Origin: Methylococcales bacterium
GTDB taxonomy: Bacteria > Pseudomonadota > Gammaproteobacteria > Methylococcales > Methylomonadaceae
Direction: 5' to 3'
Length of the DNA: 64,000 bases
NCBI GenBank assembly: GCA_003584895.1
Contig: QVQF01000152.1
Coordinates: forward strand, 2,140-66,139
Made by a program: the position numbers and the translations under genes. This document shows, piece by piece, positions 9,289 through 18,023 of this stretch (position 1 is its first letter; each line of letters starts with the position of its first letter). The notes beneath the pieces are model-generated. The model was not told the DNA's origin and made no database searches. It saw only the letters and a list, made by a program, of their open reading frames with translations.

Positions 9289-10508
9289 AGGATATGTTCC
9301 AGTAGGATTAGCGGTAGCGCCAAGCCGCATAGTTGCGCCACACGGCGAAAGCGAGGAATCTCTTTTACACGGACACACCAGACGGCGAGACGTCGGAGCC
9401 GTCTAGTCTCGACCCATTCAGGATCATGAGTTTGCAATGCACGTGCTAGTTCCAATGGCGAGAGAAAACGTAATTTCGGACATGCGGCCAGTGCGGCCTT
9501 TAATCCGCTTTCTAGAGCGGCGAGGCTGACATCCGGTGCTTGCAAAAAATTAAAGCGGTGGGTTTCAACAAGGCACGCCCGCCCTAGTCGGCTATGTTCA
9601 ATGAGGCCGTCTACCAGACGCTGCGGGATGTGTCCTTGCGTCGGTTCGAAATACACGTCGCGCACAAGATAAGTTTGCCCAACTGGCGAGCGTTCGCCTG
9701 CCAACATTGTCGCATCCACGCCATCAGGTTTACCCTCCGCGTTACGGCAAGTGTAGCGACGCCCTGGGGTGATAATGATGTCGATTCCAGATTGCGCCCA
9801 AGCGGCTTCGACTGCATTAGTCCAGATAAAGGTGGTGGCCACGGCTACCTGAGGTGCGTTGCCAAAAATAGCTTGATAGGTAGTCACTTCGTTAGCGACG
9901 GCGATGGAAATGGTATCGGATTCCAACGCCCTTGATGGTAAATTGGACGCATCGACCCAACGACTTTGAAGATGTGAGGGCAAATCTTCGGACACTGCAA
10001 GTTCAGGAGCAGTAAGCCAGTTACGCACCTTATCATCTGTTACCGCAGCAGCTAGCAGCGCAGGCGGCCAATAATGACACTGCCCATGAAGTTGCGGTAC
10101 AAATACGCCCGCTTCAATTCCGTTTTTTATTGCAAAACGTACCGCATCATAGCGAGTATCGGTAAGAGGCAATGCATGATAGAGGGTGTTACCGGTTGCG
10201 ACTATTCGTAGACCATCTGGCACCTCCAGCACGATGCCCAGAGTCATCACGGCTGACCTATTACTGCAATCGCGTACTTGCTTTAATAGCGTAGACAAAT
10301 GAAGTAGCACCTCGGCTTGCGCTAACGGCCCTGCACCCCAGTCGTCGCTTTCGATGATAAGTACGGGGTGGCGGAGCACTGGTTCGTGCCAGCGAGCAGC
10401 AAGCGGACCGAAAAATATCAGCAGCACTGTCGTCCACAATATCAGTATTGTAGCAAGTGTAACTGTTACTTCTATCAACTGAGTCTCTCTGTAAATAAAA
10501 CGTGCCAA
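9285..10508 (-). CDS. Membrane-anchored hypothetical protein with deacetylase-like (glycoside hydrolase/deacetylase beta/alpha-barrel) motifs
   Basis: 407 aa with an N-terminal TM (VTLATILILWTTVLLIFFG). VLIIESDDWG, LHGQCH (H-x3-H), TPGRRY and LVETHRFNF loosely resemble the CE4/DUF2334-type metal-binding motifs. The resemblance is at motif level only. Confidence 0.35.
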   Translation of the reverse strand: MARFIYRETQLIEVTVTLATILILWTTVLLIFFGPLAARWHEPVLRHPVLIIESDDWGAGPLAQAEVLLHLSTLLKQVRDCSNRSAVMTLGIVLEVPDGLRIVATGNTLYHALPLTDTRYDAVRFAIKNGIEAGVFVPQLHGQCHYWPPALLAAAVTDDKVRNWLTAPELAVSEDLPSHLQSRWVDASNLPSRALESDTISIAVANEVTTYQAIFGNAPQVAVATTFIWTNAVEAAWAQSGIDIIITPGRRYTCRNAEGKPDGVDATMLAGERSPVGQTYLVRDVYFEPTQGHIPQRLVDGLIEHSRLGRACLVETHRFNFLQAPDVSLAALESGLKAALAACPKLRFLSPLELARALQTHDPEWVETRRLRRLAVWCVRVKEIPRFRRVAQLCGLALPLILLEHIL

Positions 10509-10560
10509 TGCCTAGAAGTGTTCACCTGAAATAACCATGCATGAATATTAAAGATCGCCA

Positions 10561-11505
10561 TTAATAGCCCAGCCGTGCGGCTAAATCCTTTATTTTAGGC
10601 AATACGCGATCGATTTTTTCCCGGTTTGGGCCATCTTTCCATTTGTCTGCGCGGATTTCGGAAAATGCGTTGTAGGGAATGTTTAGCACGTTAGCGCAGT
10701 GCTCTTGCAGACGAGTATCGAAACTCAGTCCGCAGCCTTCAAATATCTGGCGAAAGGTGTCGACAGGGTTACGTAAGATATCTTCGTAAAATACCTCGAC
10801 CCATTGATCTGGAGGTAGGCTGGATTTTGCGTCTAGTATGGCTTGGTTAATCGCTGTATATTGGAATGCGGCAACGTCTTCAACCTGAGCATTGACATAG
10901 TTTCGCCAGCCGTCGCAGAGAAAAAAACACCACTTTGATAGTTGCCCATTTTCCACGGCTACTGTCGTCGGTAAATCATTCGACCAAGTGGCAAATTCCT
11001 CGGGTTTATGCCAGCCTTCGATGAGTGAATTGAGGTTGTCGCCTGGACTGCGCTTAATGAAGACGAATATGGCATCTGGAAATAATGTAGCGAGATAGGG
11101 GACGCACAAGCCATTCTGATTGTTTTTGTCGACCCAGCGATGCTGACCAGTCCAGTTGAAAAAGTAGTGGCTGACAGTGTAACAATCCTTCGGATTGGCA
11201 TCATTCGCGTTTAACGCATGAGTATTCCAGTTTTTGTTAGCCAGTGGGTGCAGGTCAGTCCAGTAATCGTGAGTTTCACGTTGCAGGCTACCTATTTCGA
11301 GTGACTCGGATAAGGTTTTATAAACTACAGTAGAGCCCGCTCGAGAACAGCCAACTACGATGATAGGACGATATGCAGATTGAGGGTTCAACTTCCAGCG
11401 TATATTGTGCAGGCCTCGTTGCAGAGAGCGCACATGGTAATCTATAGTTTTTCTTACCTTAACAGTAAATTCGTTTTTCTTAATATCGGTTTGAATGATT
11501 GTCAT
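10561..11505 (-). CDS. PAPS-dependent sulfotransferase family protein
   Basis: 314 aa. The 5'-PSB-like loop is IIVVGCSRAGSTVVYKTL and the 3'-PB-like region is FVFIKRSPGDNLNSLIEGW. Confidence 0.75.
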   Translation of the reverse strand: MTIIQTDIKKNEFTVKVRKTIDYHVRSLQRGLHNIRWKLNPQSAYRPIIVVGCSRAGSTVVYKTLSESLEIGSLQRETHDYWTDLHPLANKNWNTHALNANDANPKDCYTVSHYFFNWTGQHRWVDKNNQNGLCVPYLATLFPDAIFVFIKRSPGDNLNSLIEGWHKPEEFATWSNDLPTTVAVENGQLSKWCFFLCDGWRNYVNAQVEDVAAFQYTAINQAILDAKSSLPPDQWVEVFYEDILRNPVDTFRQIFEGCGLSFDTRLQEHCANVLNIPYNAFSEIRADKWKDGPNREKIDRVLPKIKDLAARLGY

Positions 11506-12165
11506 TTTAAATTACTCTAATTTGTTTTTAATGAGTACATTGGATAGTTCCTGTGCTTTTGATGTTAATGTCTAATCCGTAAGTTGCAATATTGTTTTTA
11601 TCTGATATAGTCTAGATCCAATCATGGTCTGAATTTATTTTTGTTTGCATGTTGTTGTGTTTATATTTCAGAAATTTTAAGATAAAAACTCATTAGTTAA
11701 CTTAGATACTACATGTATTGGTCGTCGCTGAAAAGTCAATTTTAGTAAGACTACTAATAAATAGGTCGCATTAGTTGGTGTGTTAATTCTAAGGGTAGGG
11801 ACATCATACTAATAATGTCATTGTATTGACAGTAGCTTTACATTAATTGTCGGCTCTATTCAGGTTGATTTTTCTTTGTCCTAATAAATCAAACTGATCA
11901 ATTTTACAGACTAAGAATTTTAGTAGGCGGGGCGGGATTATAAAATAGACAAGGCTAACCCAAAGTTGCTGTTCATAGTAGCTACAGACACAATGTTTAG
12001 ATAGTTTAGTCAGCATGTCAGTAATATTTTTTTAGTGGGCTTATTAATTCAATATTATATTTTGGGTAATTTTGCTATGAGTGCCTTTTATTCCTGGAAT
12101 AGAACACAGCTACGATTCGTTCAAGCAATGAACGCCAGAAAATCTCAATTCTACTTTTTGAAATT

Positions 12166-13515
12166 ATGATTCCTTTTATTTCACGACAATTAATTTATCC
12201 ATTACAAGAATCGTTGTTGAATCGGCCTACGTTTCCTTACTTGGAAAGTTTGGAAAAGACCCAGTGGCTGTCCAGAGCTGAGCTCGAAGCCTTGCAATTA
12301 CAAAAGCTACAAGCTTTATTGAAATCAGCGCAACAGCATAGTCCTTGGCATGCGGAGCGTATTGCCAGTTCGGGCATGAATCTTGATGCACTTAGTTTTG
12401 AGGAATTAAGAAAACTACCGACTATGAATAAGGCCGATGCACAGCAACACGGTCAGGCTATGGCTTGGAAAGAAGTACCTGGTGGTTCTTTTCGGTATAC
12501 CACTGGTGGCTCTAGTGGCGCACCCTTGATTTTTAGATATGGTCGGTCTAGGCAATCCTCCGATGCCGCTGGACGTATTCGCGCTAGACGCTGGTGGCAA
12601 GTGAATGTCGGTGATAGGGAAGTTTATTTGTGGGGAGCGCCTGTAGAGCTCAATAACACCGATAAAATTAAGACGTTACGCGATCGCCTCATTAATCAAT
12701 TGGTTTTAAACGCTTTTGCTATGTCGCCTAGTACGATGGATTCGTATTTGAGAATAATACACCGCTTTAATCCTAGTTGTATTTACGGCTATGCCAGTAG
12801 TGTTGCCTTATTGGCTGAGTATGCTAAGCGAAATCAGCATAGCTTGAATTTGCCTGCACTCAAAGTGGTTTGTACGACTGGTGAGCCTTTATATCCTGAA
12901 CAACGACAATTAATTACCGAAGTTTTTAAGGTGCCTGTCGCTAATGAATACGGCAGTAGAGATATAGGTTTTACAGCTCATGAAAATAGTCATCAGCAAA
13001 TGCTGTTAATGAGTGAGAGCGTAATGCTGGAAGTGCTGGATGTTAATGGATTGCCTGTTAAGGTCGGTGAAATGGGTGAGGCGGTTATGACAGGGCTTTG
13101 TTCAGATGCTCAAGCCTTTATACGTTATCGCACGGGTGACATGGTTAGAATGGCCGCTGATCTTGATAAAGAGGGTAGAGGTTTACATGTGATAGACGAA
13201 GTCCTTGGACGTGATACCGATTTTTTAATTCATCAAGATGGCTCGATTATACATGCCTTGGCGGCTATTTATGTGTTACGTGAAACGCCAGGTATAGAGC
13301 AGTTTAAGATCACACAGCAGGCTATCAATGAATTTGAGATTTTGGTGGTTTGTAATGAACATTGGAATTCAAATGACTTAGCGATTATCGCTGAAAAATT
13401 CAGAACTCGCTTTGGTAGTGCCTGCATCACTCATATAGAACTAGTTAACGAAATTCTACCTGAATCTTCAGGAAAAGTGAGCCAAGTTGTTTCAAAGGTA
13501 GCTTTACCTATTTAA
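12166..13515 (+). CDS. CapK/PaaK-like adenylate-forming enzyme (phenylacetate-CoA ligase family)
   Basis: 449 aa. ANL-superfamily motifs YTTGGSSGAPL, NEYGSRD and IRYRTGDMV. The size and layout fit the PaaK/CapK/F390-synthetase group. Confidence 0.75.
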   Translation: MIPFISRQLIYPLQESLLNRPTFPYLESLEKTQWLSRAELEALQLQKLQALLKSAQQHSPWHAERIASSGMNLDALSFEELRKLPTMNKADAQQHGQAMAWKEVPGGSFRYTTGGSSGAPLIFRYGRSRQSSDAAGRIRARRWWQVNVGDREVYLWGAPVELNNTDKIKTLRDRLINQLVLNAFAMSPSTMDSYLRIIHRFNPSCIYGYASSVALLAEYAKRNQHSLNLPALKVVCTTGEPLYPEQRQLITEVFKVPVANEYGSRDIGFTAHENSHQQMLLMSESVMLEVLDVNGLPVKVGEMGEAVMTGLCSDAQAFIRYRTGDMVRMAADLDKEGRGLHVIDEVLGRDTDFLIHQDGSIIHALAAIYVLRETPGIEQFKITQQAINEFEILVVCNEHWNSNDLAIIAEKFRTRFGSACITHIELVNEILPESSGKVSQVVSKVALPI

Positions 13516-13566
13516 TGGCTTTGTTTATCTATCAATTATCGATTTCATATATAAGCAACTAATAAT

Positions 13567-14751
13567 ATGTTACTAACCCGATTAATTAATTTACCCTTAC
13601 GTTATAAGCCTTGGCGCCCTGCAAATATCGCACTGATTTTGGATGATATTACAGGCTGGGCCAAACAACCCATACTATCTAATGACGAGCATCTAAAGTC
13701 GGTCATCGCATGGATATGCCATGCACAAGATCAGCGTCTTGGCCATGTAGATGATGGTGGGGTTTCAGCTGGCTGGAGTTTTGAAGATGGTTGGTTGCCT
13801 AGTTATCCTGAAACCAGTGGTTATATTATAGAAACCTTGATTGCTGCCGCAAAAGTTTTGGATAATCCAGAATTAACCGAAAGAGCTGCGCGTATTGTTG
13901 ATTGGGAATTATCAATACAAAATGAGACGGGTTCATTTCCTGGTCATTTTGGTGAAGCGGGTAGTAAGCCAGTTATATTTAATACTGGGCAAATTATGCA
14001 CGGTATGATTGCCGGTTACTTGGCTTTTGATCGTGACGAATGTCTTGAAGCGGCAGTTAGAGCTGGGCACTGGATGTTGTTACAACAAGATGATGATGGT
14101 TGCTGGCGACGTTCAGTTCATAATGATACGCCTCATACTTATAATACGCGTTCGGCATGGGCTTTGTTGCGGACAGGTCTAATTGCTAATGAAAAGGTTT
14201 TGGTAGAGGCTGCGATTAAAAATATCCGCTGGGCATTGACCCAACAGACTGCATCGGGTTGGTTTAAAACCAATGCTTTTACAGATAAGGGTCTGCCCTT
14301 TACTCATAATATTGCTTATGCTATTCGTGGCATATTAGAGTGTGGTTTATTACTTGATAGTGAAGAAATGATTAATGCGGCTATTAAAGCCTCTACAGCA
14401 CAAGCAGCGCAACAACGAGTCGACGGCTGGTTGGCTGGGGTTTATGATGATAATTGGCTGCCTAAAGCTCATTATTGCTGCCTAACTGGCTTGGCGCAAA
14501 TGAGTATTATTTGGCAGCGACTGATTGTTACTCAAGGCATTGATGAGTTGAAATTGCCTGTTGCTCGTGGACTTGATTTTTTAAAATCCAATCATCGTCT
14601 TAATTCAAAATATGCTTATCAAAGGGGCGCGATTGCTGGATCAGCTCCCATTTGGGGCAGATACTCGATGTTTGAATACCCTAATTGGGCCGCGAAGTTC
14701 TTTGCAGATGCCTTGATGCTCAAGATAGCTCACATTAATATTCCTGAATAA
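13567..14751 (+). CDS. alpha/alpha-toroid protein with QW-like repeats (prenyltransferase/squalene-oxidase-repeat-like)
   Basis: 394 aa. Motifs recur at a roughly regular spacing of some tens of residues (estimated by eye): DDGGVSAGWS, QNETGSFPGHFG, QQDDDGCWRRS, QQTASGWFKTN, QQRVDGWLAG. Confidence 0.55.
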   Translation: MLLTRLINLPLRYKPWRPANIALILDDITGWAKQPILSNDEHLKSVIAWICHAQDQRLGHVDDGGVSAGWSFEDGWLPSYPETSGYIIETLIAAAKVLDNPELTERAARIVDWELSIQNETGSFPGHFGEAGSKPVIFNTGQIMHGMIAGYLAFDRDECLEAAVRAGHWMLLQQDDDGCWRRSVHNDTPHTYNTRSAWALLRTGLIANEKVLVEAAIKNIRWALTQQTASGWFKTNAFTDKGLPFTHNIAYAIRGILECGLLLDSEEMINAAIKASTAQAAQQRVDGWLAGVYDDNWLPKAHYCCLTGLAQMSIIWQRLIVTQGIDELKLPVARGLDFLKSNHRLNSKYAYQRGAIAGSAPIWGRYSMFEYPNWAAKFFADALMLKIAHINIPE

Positions 14752-14765
14752 ACTTAAACCTACTT

Positions 14766-15575
14766 ATGTCACAACTTACAGTTATCATTCTTTGCGGGCA
14801 AGCGCCTAGACATTTATATTTTGCAAATCAAGTCGCAAAAACCTGTAAACCCATAGCTATTATTCAAGAAAGTGTCCATGATGCTTCTTTTATGAAAATA
14901 ATTAAGCTGCTATTAAAGCCAGCAAGCTTATTTAGCAAGCTAAATCGCTGGATACGTGATCGTAAGCGCTACAGGGGGCATAAAGAAGCGGAGTTTTTTT
15001 TTGCTAATACCTTACCGCATTTAACGCATCCAGAGCTTAGGGTGGAGGTTCCGCATATTAATCATCCTGATGTTATCAAACTCATAGATCGTTATCAGCC
15101 GGATTTAATTATAGTGTTTGGTACGTCTTTGCTTAAAGGTGCTTTATTAGAAAAAGGTCGCTTAGGCATTATTAATTTACATGGCGGCTTGTCTCCTGAT
15201 TATAGAGGTGCTGATTGTACCTTTTGGGCGCTCTATAATCAGGAGCCAGAAAAAGTGGGTTGCACGGTACACTATATTAATGCTGGCATTGATACCGGTA
15301 ATATCATCGCTCATATTTCACCCGAGATTAAAAACAGTGATGATGAGCTCACCTTGTTTTGGCGCGCTGTTAAAAGTAGCACTCATTTTTTTACAGAGTT
15401 ACTAAATAAGATAGAGCAAGGCGAATCTTTTGGGCAAACTCAAGCTCATAAGGGGCATTTATATCAAGTTAAAGATCGTCGCTGGGAGCATGAAAAAACA
15501 TTGGATTCGATATTGAAGTCGGGTTTGTTAGTTGATCTCAATTTGGGTAAACGAGTAACATGGTTTAAGCTTTAG
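14766..15575 (+). CDS. Formyltransferase-family enzyme (Fmt/ArnA N-terminal-domain-like, stand-alone)
   Basis: 269 aa. IINLHGGLSPDYRGA (Asn/His plus an SLLPxxRG-like segment) and HYINAGIDTGNII (catalytic Asp region). Confidence 0.75.
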   Translation: MSQLTVIILCGQAPRHLYFANQVAKTCKPIAIIQESVHDASFMKIIKLLLKPASLFSKLNRWIRDRKRYRGHKEAEFFFANTLPHLTHPELRVEVPHINHPDVIKLIDRYQPDLIIVFGTSLLKGALLEKGRLGIINLHGGLSPDYRGADCTFWALYNQEPEKVGCTVHYINAGIDTGNIIAHISPEIKNSDDELTLFWRAVKSSTHFFTELLNKIEQGESFGQTQAHKGHLYQVKDRRWEHEKTLDSILKSGLLVDLNLGKRVTWFKL

Positions 15576-15615
15576 TCTCTTAGCTAACTAGTGCAGCGAT
15601 ATTTTAGGATGAAAC

Positions 15616-17463
15616 GTGTCTACCAAAAGCGTCGAAAATAAGTTTGAAAGCGCAGCTTTTTTAAAAAACTTAACAACACGCCCCGGTATCTACACCATGT
15701 TTAATGTTCAGGGCGAGATTATTTATATCGGTAAGGCTAAGAATCTTAAAAATCGCGTTTCTAGCTATTTTAAAAAACAAACCGCATCGACCAAGCAGCA
15801 AGTGATGGTCACTAAAGTTGCTGCTATTGAAGTGACTGTGACTCACACTGAAGGCGAAGCCTTATTGCTAGAGTGTCAGCAAATTAAGCGCCATAAGCCA
15901 CGTTATAATATTTGTTTGCGTGATGATCGTTCCTTTCCTTATGTCTACTTGTCTAGTGAGCAAGATTTTCCTCAAATCACTTTACACCGTGGCGCAAAAA
16001 ATAAAAAAGGGCGCTATTTTGGTCCTTATCCCAGTATTGGAGCCGTCAAAGAAAGCTTAAAGCTATTGCAACGTTTGTTTCCTATTAGGCAGTGCGATGA
16101 TACAACTTATAGCAATCGCACTCGACCTTGTCTGCAATATCAAATAAAGCGTTGTAGTGCGCCTTGTGTGGATCTTATTGATAAACAAAGCTATGCTCTT
16201 GATGTTAAGAGCACTATCATGTTTCTGGAAGGTAAGGGCAGCTTGCTGATTGATGAGTTAATCAGTAATATGGAGCAAGCAGCTTATAGACTTGATTTTG
16301 AACAAGCTGCTATTTATCGCGATCAAATTGCAAGTTTACGCTCGGTACTACAAAAACATTTTGTTAGCGGTGAAAAAGGTGATGTAGATATTATTGCTAG
16401 CGCTACTAAGGCCAATGTTGCATGTGTACAAGTATTTTTTATTCGTAACGGACAGCATTTGGGTAATAAAGCTTATTTTCCTAAAATGATGGATGCACAT
16501 GATCCAGCTTCAGTGATCCAGGCATTTATTCCTCAATATTATCTCGATAAACCAGCACCTTATGAGCTAATTGTTAGTCATGAGTTAGAAGAATCGATTT
16601 TATTATGCGAAGTCTTAACAGCAAAAGCGCAACACTCGGTGATGATTACTGCCAAGGTGAGAGGTGAGCGTTTAAAATGGTTGCAAATGGCCATCACTAA
16701 TGCTGAAAATTCATTGGCAGGTAAGCTTGCTGATAAGCAAGGCTTTTACGCAAAGTTCTTGAATTTGCAGGATGAATTGGCTTGTAAAGACTTACCTGCT
16801 CGACTGGAATGTTTTGATATCAGTCATACTCAAGGTCAGCAGACAGTAGCTTCATGTGTAGTATTTGATAGGGAAGGACCGGTAAAATCAGCCTACCGAC
16901 GTTTTAATATTACAGGTATTACTGGCGGTGATGATTATGCCGCAATACATCAAGCAGTCTATCGGCGGTTTAAGCGCCTAAAGCAAGGTGAGCATCAAGC
17001 ACCGGACATACTTTTTATTGATGGTGGCAAAGGACAAGTATCAGAAGCACAAAAGGCATTAGCTGAATTAGACATAAATAATGTTATGATAGTCGGCGTT
17101 TCAAAGGGGCCTGATAGAAAGCCGGGTATGGAAAAGTTGATTCTGGTCGACCAGGAGCAACCTATAAATATAAATGCTAATGCAAGTGGGTTGTTGTTAA
17201 TTCAACATATCCGTGATGAAGCGCATCGATTTGCAATAACAGGGCACCGTCAGCGTCGTGGCAAAGTAGCCAAACAATCGGTACTGGAAACAGTTTCAGG
17301 ATTAGGCGCAAAGAGGCGGCAGCTTTTATTAAAACAGTTTGGGGGATTGCAAAGTATTTCATGCGCAGGCGTGGATGCGCTTTGCAGTGTGGACGGCATC
17401 AGTCGACAGTTGGCACAACGAATTTACGAGCTATTTCATCATCAAGATGACCATTCAATTTAA
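15616..17463 (+). CDS. uvrC: Excinuclease ABC subunit C
   Basis: 615 aa with a GTG start. GIY-YIG motif PGIYTMFNVQGEIIYIGKAKNLKNRVSSYF and a C-terminal HhH region. Confidence 0.95.
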   Translation: MSTKSVENKFESAAFLKNLTTRPGIYTMFNVQGEIIYIGKAKNLKNRVSSYFKKQTASTKQQVMVTKVAAIEVTVTHTEGEALLLECQQIKRHKPRYNICLRDDRSFPYVYLSSEQDFPQITLHRGAKNKKGRYFGPYPSIGAVKESLKLLQRLFPIRQCDDTTYSNRTRPCLQYQIKRCSAPCVDLIDKQSYALDVKSTIMFLEGKGSLLIDELISNMEQAAYRLDFEQAAIYRDQIASLRSVLQKHFVSGEKGDVDIIASATKANVACVQVFFIRNGQHLGNKAYFPKMMDAHDPASVIQAFIPQYYLDKPAPYELIVSHELEESILLCEVLTAKAQHSVMITAKVRGERLKWLQMAITNAENSLAGKLADKQGFYAKFLNLQDELACKDLPARLECFDISHTQGQQTVASCVVFDREGPVKSAYRRFNITGITGGDDYAAIHQAVYRRFKRLKQGEHQAPDILFIDGGKGQVSEAQKALAELDINNVMIVGVSKGPDRKPGMEKLILVDQEQPININANASGLLLIQHIRDEAHRFAITGHRQRRGKVAKQSVLETVSGLGAKRRQLLLKQFGGLQSISCAGVDALCSVDGISRQLAQRIYELFHHQDDHSI

Positions 17464-18004
17464 TTTACCCACTAACCTTACCTTGCTAAGAATTGCGTTA
17501 ATTCCGCTCTTAGCGGTTGTTTTTTATTTGCCTTGGCAATACTCCAATATAAGCTGTACGCTGATATTTTTGTTGGCTGGGTTTACTGATTGGTTAGACG
17601 GATATCTTGCTAGAAAAATGCAGTTGGAAACACCTTTTGGTGCGTTCTTAGATCCTGTTGCTGATAAACTTATGGTAACGATAGTTTTGGTTTTTATCGT
17701 TCAACAGCAAGCATCGCCTTATTTAGCAATTCCAGCCGCCATTATTATAGGTAGAGAATTAACAATAGCTTCGTTGAGAGAATGGATGGCTGAAATTGGT
17801 CAGCGAACTAAAGTGAAGGTATCTAAATTAGGTAAATGGAAAACGTCTGCACAAATGCTAGCTATTGGCTTTTTGTTATACCGTGAGGATATATGGGGGG
17901 TCCCTATTAATATGATAGGCTATGGTCTATTGTATGTTGCTGCAGTATTAACCTTATGGTCGATGACTCATTATCTCAGAGCAGCATTAACTGTTACAGA
18001 TTAA
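17447..18004 (+). CDS. pgsA: CDP-diacylglycerol--glycerol-3-phosphate 3-phosphatidyltransferase
   Basis: MTIQFNLPTNLTLLRIALIPL... and DWLDGYLARK...FGAFLDPVADK (CDP-alcohol phosphatidyltransferase motif). The start is moved to the internal ATG at 17447, which overlaps the uvrC end by 17 nt. Confidence 0.9.
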   Translation: MTIQFNLPTNLTLLRIALIPLLAVVFYLPWQYSNISCTLIFLLAGFTDWLDGYLARKMQLETPFGAFLDPVADKLMVTIVLVFIVQQQASPYLAIPAAIIIGRELTIASLREWMAEIGQRTKVKVSKLGKWKTSAQMLAIGFLLYREDIWGVPINMIGYGLLYVAAVLTLWSMTHYLRAALTVTD

Positions 18005-18023
18005 AATTGTCGATATTGCAAAT

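Noticed and set aside
11506-12165. Possible JUMPstart/ops (GGCGGTAG) RfaH element upstream of the glycan operons
   Set aside because: The only similar string is gtaggcggggcgg near 11925, which does not match the 8-bp ops core.
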